A stretch of DNA of 64,000 nucleotides from Magallana gigas. Lineage: Eukaryota. The translations under genes and the position numbers were made by a program. Each line of letters begins with the position of its first letter. Position 1 is the first letter of the stretch. Of this stretch, positions 33,601 to 45,780 are shown in pieces. The notes below the pieces were generated by a model. It worked only from the letters and a program-made list of their open reading frames with translations. It made no database searches and was not told where the DNA came from. Location: positions 44,702,001 to 44,766,000 of the forward strand of contig NC_088861.1 in NCBI RefSeq assembly GCF_963853765.1. The letters are read 5' to 3'.

Positions 33601-36600
33601 ATTGACTAAACATTTATATTTCATACTTGATTTGAAAACCCTCCGTTCTTTATGCTGTCGTTTACATTTTAATTCCTGTATGGGTGTGTTAGTATTATAA
33701 AACACAGGGTATTATAAAAGCTATAAAATGCACAGGTACATTATTAAATACCAAAACCCCCTCTATCTGTACAAACATGTAAGGACTTGTTGAGCAGAAC
33801 AAATTGACATGCTTTTGTTGTCATTAGACGATTATTATACAAAGTAATTAGCCCTGTGTTCGAGTGCTGCAAACAATGCTTGTTTAAGGCTCTTTGTGAA
33901 TCAGTAAATAAGTTAGAGAGATCAAACTCATCTTGCTTCCCAATGAATGAAGTCTTTGTTGACATATGACAAACAGTTGTGTGCTGGATTTAAATATGAT
34001 TTGTTTGTGAAGACAGGAAAGCTTTTAGGTGTGCAGAGAATGAAGTTAGGATAGCAGATGTCATCAAAATTATCCAGGAGTTGATCACCTTTAATATATT
34101 TCAAAGATTTTTCGGAATTGATTTTGGATGGTGTCCACAACATTTATGAACTTGTTTGAATTTGGCATTTTTTAACATTTTGGATATAAAAATGATTAAG
34201 GTATGGCTTTAGACTGGTTCAATCAATAAGTCTTTTATTTTTGAGAGTATAAACATTTAATAAGGACTACCAGGTATCCCCAGATGTGCATTACAGATAT
34301 ACGGCTCATACAGTGGTCCACCCTCAATGTTATCTCCTTTTGAAGTAGACCGTCAACAAGAAATCAAAACTGACCGATAACCAGCTCATTCAGCTCAATG
34401 ACTGAGTAAAGATAATATAGACTCGTGTCTGAGCTCTCTCTAATGATTTGTTGATATTATCTCGGCAGGTTTCTGTGTATCAAATCACTGCTTCTCGAAA
34501 ACTGATATTATGTGACTTTATGTGAAGCGGTCTTGTTTCGGCTATATATATTAGATGGAATGTCTTGGATATTAAGACAAAACTGTTAAAAAAAATTTCG
34601 GCCTCATGCAAAGTGACTGAATCAGATGTTCAGTACTTTTCAGCTATGAGTAACTTATACAAGATATTGCACAGGATTGATAACATTTTATATAAAGTAG
34701 AGAAATCTGTGAGTTTTATTTGATCATCTATTTACACCCTTGACTGATAAAGTGACTGTGTTCTGTTTGTTGAACCTGATGCCATTAGATTGACTGTCTT
34801 ATTTATTTGAGTGCTCTGGATCCTGTAGAAAAGTTAGCCTATCTACATGTTCAAGATACATGTGCTTCCTGAATTATCTGGTTTACTTTTAGAATGTCTC
34901 TCTCTTTGTAGACATTTTCGCCTCACATGATGGGAGGAAAAAGTCCAACAAAGCGCCCTCTATATCGGAACCAGGAGGAGTCTGTCAACAACACAACGTA
35001 CCACGAGTATCCCACAAAGCCCTTCATCAACGACGATTACCGATTTGACCCGGCCAAGCCTGTCAAACCCTTCCCAGAAAACAACAGAACAGGTTAGTTG
35101 TTTCACAAGAGATTGTTTAGAATATTTTAAAAAATTGAGACTGATTCATGGCGCTAGAGAACCAGGAAATATCTAGTTCATGTTGCTGGAGAACAAAATA
35201 GAAACTTTAAGTTGTTCCAGTTTCTTGAGTATTGGTTCATGATTTCATGATGCATGAGAACCAATAGTTAATTGGTTTATGGCTCTTTTAAAAGAAAAAT
35301 AAGAGCTGGAAAGTGGAATAACTGACAAATGATGTATAAATTAAATCTAGTCTGATTCATTGTCCTTGAGCACTAGAAAATGGCCATTTATTGCTTTCCA
35401 TAGAAAAGAACCATGAACCAGTGAATTTTTAATCACAGTTAACTTATTGCAGTATAAATCAAATTTCATCATTTCAATATATGTACATGTACTATGTTTA
35501 ACTCATAAAGATAAAACAATTCCTTAATATATATCTAAAGCAAAATATATTGATAGCATGTCTTCAGCTATATTTACAATTCCTTGTAATGACATTTAAC
35601 TTTTTCAGACATTCATCTTGTGATGTTCACTTAGTATTAAACCACAGTTATTGAAATGTCTAAGAGAGAGTTAAACTTGATAAATTGCATTCTTATAGAG
35701 GTAAAATATTAAACAAATCTTTCCTCTCCAGCTGTGATATCAGCACTCAAGAATCTTCAAGAAAAAATACGGAAGTTGGAGGTGGAGAGGGGGACTGCAG
35801 AAAACAACCTGAAATCTCTGGCTGCAGAGACAACAAAGTACAAGAACATCCTCCAGAAAGAGCCACAGAACATCCCAGGTCAATCCACAGTGTCCAAACA
35901 CACACAAGGTAAAAACCACAAAACTGTCCAAACACACACAAGGTAAAAACCACAAAACTGTCCAAACACACACAAGGTAAAAACCACAAAACTGTCCAAA
36001 CACACACAAGGTAAAAACTGCAAAACTCTTCAGACACACACAAGGTAAAACCACAAAACTGTCCAAACCACACAAGGTAAAAACTGCAAAACTGTCCAGA
36101 CACACACAAGGTAAAACCTGCAAAACTCTTCAGACACACACAAGGTAAAACCACAAAACTGTCCAAACACACACAAGGTAAAACCTGCAAAACTCTTCAG
36201 ACACACACAAGGTAAAACCACAAAACTGTCCAAACCACACAAGGTAAAAACTGCAAAACTGTCCAGACACACACAAGGTAAAAACTGCAAAACTGTCCAA
36301 ACACACACAAGGTAAAAACTGCAAAACTGTCCAGACACACACAAGGTAAAAACTGCAAAACTGTCCAAACACACACAAGGTAAAACTGCAAAACTGTCCA
36401 AACACACACAAGGTAAAAACTGCAAAACTGTCCAAACACACACAAGGTAAAAACTGCAAAACTGTCCAAACACACACAAGGTAAAAACTGCAAAACTCTC
36501 CAGACACACACAAGGTAAAACTGCAAAACTGTCCAGACACACACAAGGTAAAACTGCAAAACTGTCCAACAAACACAAGGTAAAAAGCACAAAACTTCCA

Positions 36601-39600
36601 GATGCAAGCAAGGTAAAATTGCAAAACTTTCAAAACACACAAGGTTAAACCATAAAAATGACTGCGTTGTAAATTTTACTTATAATTTCTGTAATTTAGG
36701 AAGTATTTGATTCTGGAATTCCACTGGTAGCAAATTATGAAAATATGAGATTGTGAGGATCAATTTTTTGTTTTCATTTTGTAAAGTTCACAAATGTCGT
36801 AAAAAATAAAAGAAGGATTTTAAAATTTGCTAGGGCTGCGTCTTGCAACTTCCCCGGGATACTAATTCCTTGCGACTGAAGTTTTGTTATATCAATTATT
36901 TTGATTTATCACTAAACCGTTGATTGTAATCATAATGGGAATCACTTTGTTCTGTGCAGAATTAGAGACACAGCTGACAGCAGCAGAGACGCGGAGTCAG
37001 CTTCTGGAGAAACAGCTGGACTACATGAGGAAAATGGTGCAAACCGCTGAAAGCGACCGCCAGGAGGCGGTGATCAAAGCGGCGGTGTCTGACCGTGTGG
37101 ACAGGGTTACACAGTCACCGCCGCAGCCCGGCCCCTCCCCCGAGTATCTCAGGCAGCGGGAAAAACTAATGGACCTAGAGCGAGAGCATCTCAGACTCAC
37201 AGCATCTCAAACTCTCTCAGAGGTAAGGATAATGAAATGCTGCTTGAGTAAAGAAGAGAATTGGAAACAAGGTCACACACTCAATAAGCAGTTCTTGATC
37301 ATGAAGTTGAGAATCAAAGAGTTGAGAATTAATTATAATGATAAGTGGTGTAGCAGTTGATAATACACTGGTGGTACATATTGAGTAAGTCTAGTGAGGA
37401 CTTGCAGTTTGTTTTCAGAAAAGAAAACAACTGATCGGATAAGCATCTTTAGTTGTGGGTCCGATTCTATACAATGTCATCATCTGTAAAGATACTGTAC
37501 TTGTACTTTACATTTTCCGTGTAAGACATTTGATGGAAGTTATTGATTAAGTTGGTGTGGATTTGAATTAACAATTTCAGCGTACCTCTGATTGTTCTTA
37601 TTCTTGCACTGATATTCAATTTAGCAATGTTCTTGATTTAGCGCAAGTCGCTTTTTACCAAATTAAGCTATTAAGATAGAATACACAGACAAACAAAATT
37701 ATGTTAGTACAGTATGCATATGTACATGGTGGGATTTTTCGTAAATATCTTTTTTGCTTTACATTGCTTGCAGCAGTAAATAATGGTATGCACCAAGATT
37801 ACTTTATAACTAGATATTGGTGTTTGTTGAGTACGTTGAATACTTTTCTCTGATGGAAATGCTTCTATTGTCCTGCAATACATTCATATTTGTTCATTTG
37901 TTGAGGTAGTTTAAAAATACTTATAGATAATCAAAGATCACTTTATATATTCAGAAAATGATATCATAAAAAAAACTCTATTGGATTCACTCTAGGTATT
38001 GAAAATTAGTGAATGCTTTTTAATATCCCCAAATAATAAAAATCTATAGTAAACAAAACTAAACTTCATAGCCTTTGTGAAGGACTCATTGAATATTTAT
38101 GAATGGATGGTCGTGTATGAAATAAATGCTCTGTCATGGGAAACAATGGAATGAGTTTTCGGTGCCCGTGGGATGGCTGCTCTCTCGGGGACATTTGTGA
38201 GGGTTGACAAGTAGGTTCATTGTATTCTACCCCTCCCACAATTAGATCGCTTTCAACTCTAACATAAACTCCTGTCTCATTTTGCATGCATTATGAATAA
38301 ACTCAGGAACAAAATGAAGAATGAGATGTTTGAGAATGCTTGAATAATTCATTTTGAGACCAGTTTATGGAGATGATAGAGAACGGAAAGTTTCTCTCCC
38401 AAATGACAGTGAAAATGAAATAGGAATATTGAAAAGACTTGAGAGAGCTATTTAGTTTCTGTGTCGTTTTTAAATGCTTCAATCTTTTTCTGTCAATACC
38501 AATCATTTGAATTTTTTATCTATTGAAATGGAATTTAAAAAGTTTTAAGGTGTTTAATTGGAATATCTTGAGTGGATCGAAGTGCTTCATGATATAATGA
38601 ATTAAATCTTGGCTGTTGCAGTTTTCTGTTATTAAGTGATTCAACACCTTATAATTGGTGTTGGTCTGGGTGAAGTCTCTTTAACTTTGATAGAACTGTC
38701 ATAGCTTGTCAAAGTATGATAGATAGAGGGCCACACCTGCTAATCCTCTCTTTAGTTTTTAACAGCAGACTGGCTGTTTAAACGTAACATGATACTCTTG
38801 GATTGTGGAACTCTTTTACGGAGTTGTGTATCAACTAGCTGGAATATGCTGTGGCCAGTTGAAATATTCTTGCTATCTCCTAACTCTCTCAAGTTTTAAT
38901 CCCCCCAGGGGTTCATTATCAGCTTAAATCCTGCCTTGTGATATCAGCTTGCTCTAATCCTATTTTTTTGATGTGTATAAAATTTCTTATCCAGCGTGTG
39001 TGACTGAACACAAATGAATTGAAAGTGTTTAAGTTAAGGTAATCTGGGGAAACTAGAGCGCTTGTACAGCCTTTGCCCCGCCCATTCGCCCCTGTGTTTA
39101 TAATGGGTTCTATTGTAGGCTGTAGGAATTGAGTTTATGTTTATTATTGTTGCTTAATGCTTTTGTGATTTTGACAGTTCGAAGAGATCAGCTACAAAAA
39201 CGGTAAAGAGGGTTAAGTCGTAACTGAGCCACTATAGGGATTACTTTTAATTTTATGTTTTATGGGTAAAATCAGGATTTTACTCGTTTTGAAAAATTAG
39301 TGTTAAATGTAAAAGTATTTTATGTCAATACATTTTGGAACGGTCTGTCCAGATTTTACGTGTTGATAAAAATCAGAAAAGGCATAGGCAATATTCATAT
39401 TCTTTTTTAATGAGAAACAACAAAGTAACAGTAGCAATAAGCATAAATAACAAAAGCAATAAGCAAAAACATATATTTATAATGGCCTCGGGGACCATTT
39501 CTCACCATCTGCTAAATAATTTTTATTGTTGCACTGAAACATCACAAAGAAATCAAAACTATACCAGTCATGTGTTGAGATAAATAGAGTTAGCATGGGG

Positions 39601-42600
39601 AACTGTATGGTTTTAAGTCAGTATGTTTACAAACAAAACATTGATAAAATTATAAAGATATTAGTTTTAAACACTCACAATGGAATCATGAATTCAGTGG
39701 ACCGGTTTTCATGAAATTTCCAATTTTTGTACATGTGTGTTGGATCATACCGGTAATTTTGTTTATTCCTTAATGTTCCAGTGATAGATAAAGTTTTGAT
39801 GTCATTATAAAATGTACTTGGCATTCAATGAAGATTTATTGAGTAATTTTGATATTTTTTTCTCCCCACTAGAATAAGATTCGTGAGTTGGAGGAAAAAC
39901 TACAAGAAGAGAAACATCGCCGAAGGCTGATAGAGGAGAAAGCAGTCGAGGTAAGTACATGTTTGATTGAAATTGTAGAAGATGTAACACAATTGAAAAT
40001 TGTCTGTATGTTTTTTTGAATTTTTTACAGCAAGAGTCTGTAGCTGAGTCTGCTCGGATACTAAGGAACGCAGAGAGTATCGAGAGATTAACTCAAAAAG
40101 CCAAGAAAACAAAGAAACGACGGAAAGCGTCGGCTCACAAAAAACAGAAACAGTCCCCACCCACAGATCACAGCAAGCACTACCGCCTCAACCTGGCCGA
40201 GATTCCCTTCGTGGCCGGAAAGGTAAAATATGAATCTCACTGCAGATATATACTGGATAAATCAACTGTTAGTTACACACACTTCTCTCTGCAGACTTTT
40301 AAGAAATGAACAACGTCTACCCAAGTTATTAGAGTATAACCAGGGTTGGGGCAGTTTATGCTTTATAATCCGCAAAGTGGATTATAAAGTGTAAATTGCT
40401 CCAACCCAGGTTATACTCATATAACTTGGGTAGATGAGTTCATTTCTTATAACTTAATTTTCTGTAATTAACTGTACAAAGTGGATGCATTTTACTTTTT
40501 AAAAATGATATTAATCTGTTAAATATTTAAATGTAACGTCAAGCGGATTAGTAAGTTTTTTGACAATGCATTGTGACGTGCAAACCAGGTTATACAAATT
40601 TAACTTAATTTTTTAACCAATCAAATGCTGTGTTACAACCAGAATTAAATTATATACAGGATATATCACCTGTTACACAAAATATAATGCATGAACACTA
40701 GAGTTGGAAAAGTCCGAATTTATTATTGGTTGTTTTCCATGCTTTAGTATTTTGTATCGGTATGTGTAATTTGTGGTCTGCAGTCCTTAAAGGAATATAT
40801 ATGGTTTGAGCCTAAATTGGCTCCCTAAAATGAACATTGTCATTTTACTGTAATTCTTTGTTTTATTTGTACAAATATACATTTGAAGTTTTTTCATAAT
40901 TTTCATTTTGATTTTAAAGCCCATAATTTAAAAAGATGATATCATTAAGTTTACCTTTTCCCGCCATTTCCTCATTTTTAGCATAAAACGGCTTGTTTTG
41001 AGGCAGTTTTTCTTTAAGTAAACATTGAGCGACTGCTTGAACAAACACAATATTTTCGCCAAAGATGTATCTCCCTAGTACTTATAAGTGACAAAAAGTT
41101 CGTCCTTGTTCAAAAAGTCGCTCTATATTTCCCATTCGAAAAAAGATAAGAAAAATGTCAATTTTTTACTGATTTTGATTGAATTATAAAAATATAGTCA
41201 CTTCTGACGTCATATACAGCCAGTGAGTGTATATAAATCAAATTAATAGGTGAAAAACGTATTTCATGTCATCTCCTTTATAAAATAACACAACAAATGA
41301 ATGTACCCGAATCATTTTAAAAATAGCGAATTTTGGGGGCCAAATTTGACTAATATCATATATAGTTCTTTGTGTAATTTGTGGTGTAACGTTACAGTCC
41401 TATACATATGTTCTTTGTTATCTTCAGTCCGTGTGTATTTTGTCGTTTACAGTCCTGTAATTTGTGGTGTAACATAACAGTCCCTATATCAAAATATACA
41501 TATATATGTTCTTTGTTATCTTCAGTCCGTGTGTATTTTGTCCTGTAGTTTGTGGTATAACGTTAATAATAATATATATACGTTCTTTGCTATTTTGTTG
41601 TTTACAGTCTCTAACAGCCAGTCACTCGGTGGGAGCCAATGTACAGCGAGTGCTGTCGCTGATGAAGACCCACAACATGGCGCTGTGTAACGGCCTGGAC
41701 CACCAGGCTTCACGCTCCTCATCGCCCTCCTCGGGCTCCTCCAGCTCCTCGAGTATAGACACGGACCTCGCCGAGCTCCTGCTACAGTTACAGGACGAGT
41801 TTGGACAGATGAGCTGGTCAGTTACTGTTATTGAAAGATTAGTGTATTAACATTTGTTTGTAACTGTCCTTTACTACGAAATAATTTTTGCCTTGTTTTA
41901 AAAAAGAAACCTAGTTTTACTGGCAAAAAAATCCTTTATGTGAATGCAGTAGCAGGGATTTTATATAAAAAGGGGAACAACTCAATTTTCAGAAATTTCA
42001 CTAAAAATTTAAAACTTAAGTGATTGTCCTTTTCAATCATAACAACAATCAATATACCAATGCAGCAGCATTTGACAATATGCATTTTTGCCCGAGAAAA
42101 GAGTGAGTGAGTTTGTTTCTGCGTTTCAGTGAACACCAAGAACTGTCCCACGAGATCAGCGAGGCCACAGACCCCCAAATCCGCGAGGATCTCGAGCGAG
42201 AGCTGGACGCACTAGTGACCCGAATGGAGGGCAAAAGTCAGCAGATCTCCAAAATCAGACGACATCAAAACAAAGTAAGCTACATAATACTTGTACAGAA
42301 GGCATAACATTTACTTCATATATTCAGGGTGGAAAATAAACAATTACTTCACAAGTGGAAACCCAGTCAACCATTTCAATGGCATGTAGAAATTTGACTG
42401 CTTACTTTCCTTGCTCAGGTGCTCAGGGGGTGTTATTAAGGATATCAATAACTTAGGGATTAAAAACTTACAGTCAAATTAAAAAATGGTCAATATTTGT
42501 TCGATACAAAAAGTTTGAAGTTTATTTGCACCAATAAAGTAAATTGTTACTGGTACTTGTATTATTGAAGTAGTTAGTATTGAATGGTTTTACATAAACA

Positions 42601-42886
42601 AATTCACATTCTATATCCATTTCCTTTTATGTCTTTGCAACAGTTAGATCAAAAGAAAAAGAAAAAGAAGTCAGTGGATCCCTCGAAGCAGAGATCAGCT
42701 TCAGCGAATGCTTACTGTCATCAAAACGGGGAAGTCGAAGTCACAACCACAATAAAAACTCGTGGCCGCTCAGCGGGTGTGGTTCATGTACGACCTTCAA
42801 GTGCCAGGGAGGTGTCGTTAAATGTGTTAAAGGACATGAAGAAATTACAGACCACTTTACGGAAAGATGATTTAACTTGGGAATAG
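24622..42886 (+). CDS. CEP57: Centrosomal protein CEP57 (translokin) family, about 502 aa
   Basis: Exons 24622-24642 (putative), 34912-35092, 35732-35908, 36960-37222, 39873-39950, 40031-40222, 41608-41816, 42130-42274 and 42644-42886 (1509 nt), all in phase. Family motifs YPTKPFIN, AVISALKNLQEKIRKLE, AETRSQLLEKQLDYMRKMV, HYRLNLAEIPFVAGKS, SHSVGANVQ, LQDEFGQMS, ELDALVTRMEGK, LKDMKKLQTTL...LTWE. Confidence 0.92.
25168..26088 (+). mobile_element. Internally deleted hAT transposon, 921 bp
   Basis: TIR CATACTTGCCAAC / GTTGGCAAGTATG; exact 8-bp TSD GAAGACAT (25160-25167 and 26089-26096); decayed transposase remnants (ALCVLCNTHLNIGFCAQNDLTK; AETLFAF.LAEHNLPFSVSDH). Confidence 0.85.
27915..28081. 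mobile_element. hAT-like MITE
   Basis: 15-bp TIR CAGGGTTGTCTCTAA / TTAGAGACAACCCTG. Flanks resemble a decayed TSD (GGCATAG versus GCATATAG). Confidence 0.65.
30147..30242 (+). CDS. CEP57: Possible alternative first coding exon of CEP57
   Basis: GCCATC-ATG context, 32 open codons (MTEIMDYLISQVNQGQQKFEITVSPNRQKAAK), donor AAG|gtaaga in phase 0, compatible with exon 34912. Confidence 0.5.
31621..31676 (-). pseudogene. tRNA-Lys(TTT)-derived relic or SINE head
   Basis: Minus strand TAGCTCAGTCGGTCAAGC...TTTTTAA...GGTCCAGAGTTCGAG resembles the tRNA-Lys A box, anticodon arm and B box. Acceptor stem is lost. Confidence 0.55.
34912..35092 (+). CDS. CEP57: CEP57 exon
   Basis: TFSPHMM...YHEYPTKPFINDDYRFDPAKPVKPFPENNRT. 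Confidence 0.9.
35732..35908 (+). CDS. CEP57: CEP57 exon
   Basis: AVISALKNLQEKIRKLEVER...SKHTQ. Confidence 0.92.
35891..36650. repeat. 32-34-bp minisatellite containing the exon end and splice donor
   Basis: Unit about TGTCCAAACACACACAAG|GTAAAAACTGCAAAAC, about 22-23 copies. Confidence 0.95.
36960..37222 (+). CDS. CEP57: CEP57 exon
   Basis: ELETQLTAAETRSQLLEKQLDYMRKMV...LRLTASQTLSE. Confidence 0.92.
39873..39950 (+). CDS. CEP57: CEP57 exon
   Basis: NKIRELEEKLQEEKHRRRLIEEKAVE. Confidence 0.9.
40031..40222 (+). CDS. CEP57: CEP57 exon
   Basis: QESVAESARIL...HYRLNLAEIPFVAGK. Confidence 0.92.
40320..40650 (+). mobile_element. Large-hairpin interspersed element
   Basis: Palindrome 40320-40430 with apex TTATAATCCGCAAAGTGGATTATAA; distal AACCAATCA...ACAACCAGAA. 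Confidence 0.6.
40791..41368. mobile_element. Kolobok-like non-autonomous element
   Basis: TTAA|AGGAATATATATG...AAATTGGCTCCC mirrored by GGGGGCCAAATTTG...CATATATAGTTCT; the right TTAA is degenerate. Confidence 0.6.
41608..41816 (+). CDS. CEP57: CEP57 exon
   Basis: SLTASHSVGANVQRVLSLMK...LQLQDEFGQMS. Confidence 0.92.
42130..42274 (+). CDS. CEP57: CEP57 exon
   Basis: EHQELSHEI...ELDALVTRMEGKSQQISKIRRHQNK. Confidence 0.92.
42644..42886 (+). CDS. CEP57: CEP57 last coding exon
   Basis: LDQKKKK...LKDMKKLQTTLRKDDLTWE*. Confidence 0.92.
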   Translation, partial: LDQKKKKKKSVDPSKQRSASANAYCHQNGEVEVTTTIKTRGRSAGVVHVRPSSAREVSLNVLKDMKKLQTTLRKDDLTWE

Positions 42887-43832
42887 CCAGATCTGATATT
42901 ATTAAATGATTTTCACCGTGATTTTTCCATTTTCAACTGTGATATTGCATGGCTTGTGCTCATTTATTATTATGGGATTGATTCTCGCCCATCTCTCGCT
43001 CAGAATGTGCCCGAGTGTTTGTCTCACGACTTCAATCATGGATCACCATTTTTAACCGATAGTCTGTTGTTTTTTGGTCGTGAATGTTGCATGTATTTCA
43101 CGAGAGGATTGTTTTTATACTGCCTAATTACAATAATACAATATGTGCCACACAAACGCTGTACCACATTTATTGATTCAAAATAGAATATATATAGACA
43201 TTTTGAATTTCATATATAATATCATTGCATTACATTATATTATTTCAATCTAATTTTATATTTTTTTCTCAAGATATAACAATTCATTTTTTCCTTCCCA
43301 ATTCTTCAAATGTTTTTGCAACTTAAGCAAAACCTTTTCTGTTTTACTGTGAATCTATTTGGTTGAATTTATTTGGCCATTGAAATAGACATTTAGCTCG
43401 CCTTAATTATTTTCATTTCTGTAAAATAGACCTAGTTATTTAAATCTGGAAAGAAAATAATGCAAAGACTAATAAACAAATTTGAATGAAGTTTTTTTCT
43501 ATGAAAATATTTTAGACACCATAGTTATATTTTTATTGGAGGTACTGATCATGATTGTCAATAAATAATGTTCAAAATGAAAGAGAATACTGAGTAGTTG
43601 TTTTAAGAACGATTTTTTCTCGCTATCAGAGCATGATTAAGATATTATTGAGGCCAATATGACTCTTGTTCTGTAGCATTTTACAATTATAGGGTCGTTT
43701 TTTAACTTAATTGTAAATTATAAATTGTAAATACTTCCATATATTTATATACATGTACAAAGAAACTTTTTACCTCAATAAAAGCTTATAAAGTGTTTCT
43801 GACTTGATGTGACTGTCTCATTATTGGATTAA

Positions 43833-44309
43833 GGTTGCTCACTACACCTTGAAATATTTTCTCAAATCAGCTGAAAATTACTTGATTATGATAGATATCA
43901 TAATGGATAAGAAGTATTTAAGTCAAATAGGCCAAACATGTGCAATTTTGGATGAAAAATTACATTTTTTGAAAATTCAATTCAGTAAACATGAACAAAA
44001 ACTCCAGGCGGATTCGAACTCATGATTTGCGGTTCAGAAGCCTTATACTTTAACCACTGAGCTACGACGATATACAACAGAAGTTTTTTTGTGAAAAAGA
44101 GTAAAATCTTAAATTTTCACTTACGATTAAAAATAAACTTAAGTTTTTTTGTGAAAAGGGCTACAGAAGCCTAATACTTTAACCACTGAGCTACGACGAT
44201 ATGCAACAGAATTGAATGATAGTGATACAAACAGTTTAACAAATCATTTAAATCGCCATGATATGACGTAAATTTGTAAAAAGAATAAGTCTGGGTGTAG
44301 TGAGGTACC
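43833..44309. mobile_element. Kolobok-like element A
   Basis: TTAA|GGTTGCTCACTACACC ... GGTGTAGTGAGGTACC|TTAA. Confidence 0.7.
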
Positions 44310-44313
44310 TTAA

Positions 44314-44642
44314 GGTTGTATGGGACACCTCCATGTTGTGACGCACTTCCTATCGAAAAAAAAACCCAATAAAAATCAAGCAGAATTTTACGAATCTTTT
44401 CTTTTCCAATATTGTTACTCAACACTGTAACGCAATGGATTAGAGCGTTGACTACGAATCTGTTAGTCACGAGTTTGAATCCCGCTGCGGCTTTTATGAC
44501 TTTTACCTATCCAAATATTTTTAAAACACATTCTTTGGTCAAATATTGTAAAATTTGAAAATTCTAAACCGATGAAAGTATTTTGATTATAATGTACTGT
44601 AACAGTTATCAACTTTAATACCGACAGGTGTCCCATGCCACC
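44314..44642. mobile_element. Kolobok-like element B, sharing a TTAA with element A
   Basis: TTAA|GGTTGTATGGGACACCT ... AGGTGTCCCATGCCACC|TTAA. Confidence 0.75.
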
Positions 44643-44944
44643 TTAAGAATTGTCTTTGCCTGTACCACAGAAAAATGGGTAAAAATATCATTTATATATT
44701 CTCTTTAGAGATTATACTTTTAGTTTTTTTCTAATAAAGTTTACCGGTATATAATTTCCATAAGGTACTTGGTGTTTTAAGGAATTGACCTTAAAATAAT
44801 TATTTGATAATTATACGTTTTCCCATACCATAATAAGCTATTATCATATTAGAGGAAAATATTTACCTACAGCATAAAACAATTTTAAGGTCAAATGCGT
44901 TTTTTGCATTCATACATTCGACATAATGCATTTAGCAATTAAAC

Positions 44945-44966
44945 TTTCTTTCTGTCTTTCTTTCTG

Positions 44967-45017
<51 letters not shown>
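44945..45017. repeat. (TTTC)n microsatellite
   Basis: Read directly from the sequence. Confidence 0.95.
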
Positions 45018-45018
<1 letters not shown>

Positions 45019-45780
45019 AAAAAGGGGTAGAAGATATTAAATTAATAGGTTGGGACCAATCGCCCAAATGGGATATAATACCCTGTTTGGGATACAATAG
45101 CCCAAATGGGATATGAATTTAAAGTGCAAAAAATAAAAGAAAATTTAATTGATTATGAAATGTTTGATATAAATCTGCATTAATGTGTAACAAATACAAC
45201 AACTTTTCCTTAAAAGGTTTTCCTATATGTCTATAGTTTTTAAGATTGATCCCCAAGGAGTTTTGGATATAGTGAGGGATCAATCTCCGTAATAGTACCG
45301 GTTACAGAAAAAGTTGTTCACCAAAAGTTGTTACGTTTCATCTATTCTAATGCAGATTTATATCAAAAAATTCAAAATCAAAAATCTTTATTTTTTGCAT
45401 TTTTTTTTTTAAAAAAGTATGTTCTTAAGATATTTTAGATAGGGATTTAACAAAATGACCCACCATCATATAAGGTGGTTTTAGCTAGACCTATTTAATT
45501 CGCCACATATTGAATGTATGTTTATTTCTAAAGCATGTCTGATTTCTGACAGTACCTGTAATAGACATTATCAGATACCGGTATGTTGCAGCTAGGATTT
45601 CATCGAGATTTTCAACCAAACCCCCCCCTCCCCAAAAAAAAAACAACAACAAGACCCCCCCCCCCCCCCAACAGAAAACATAGTTATTGTTCCTACTAAA
45701 AGAACGACCACTCATTGTATAATAGTATAGCATTGTTACGTTACCTTTTATGACGTTGTAATTACAACGTCATAGTGTAT

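Noticed and set aside
35740-36642. Cys/Phe/Val-rich minus-strand ORFs
   Set aside because: Antisense translations of the donor minisatellite.
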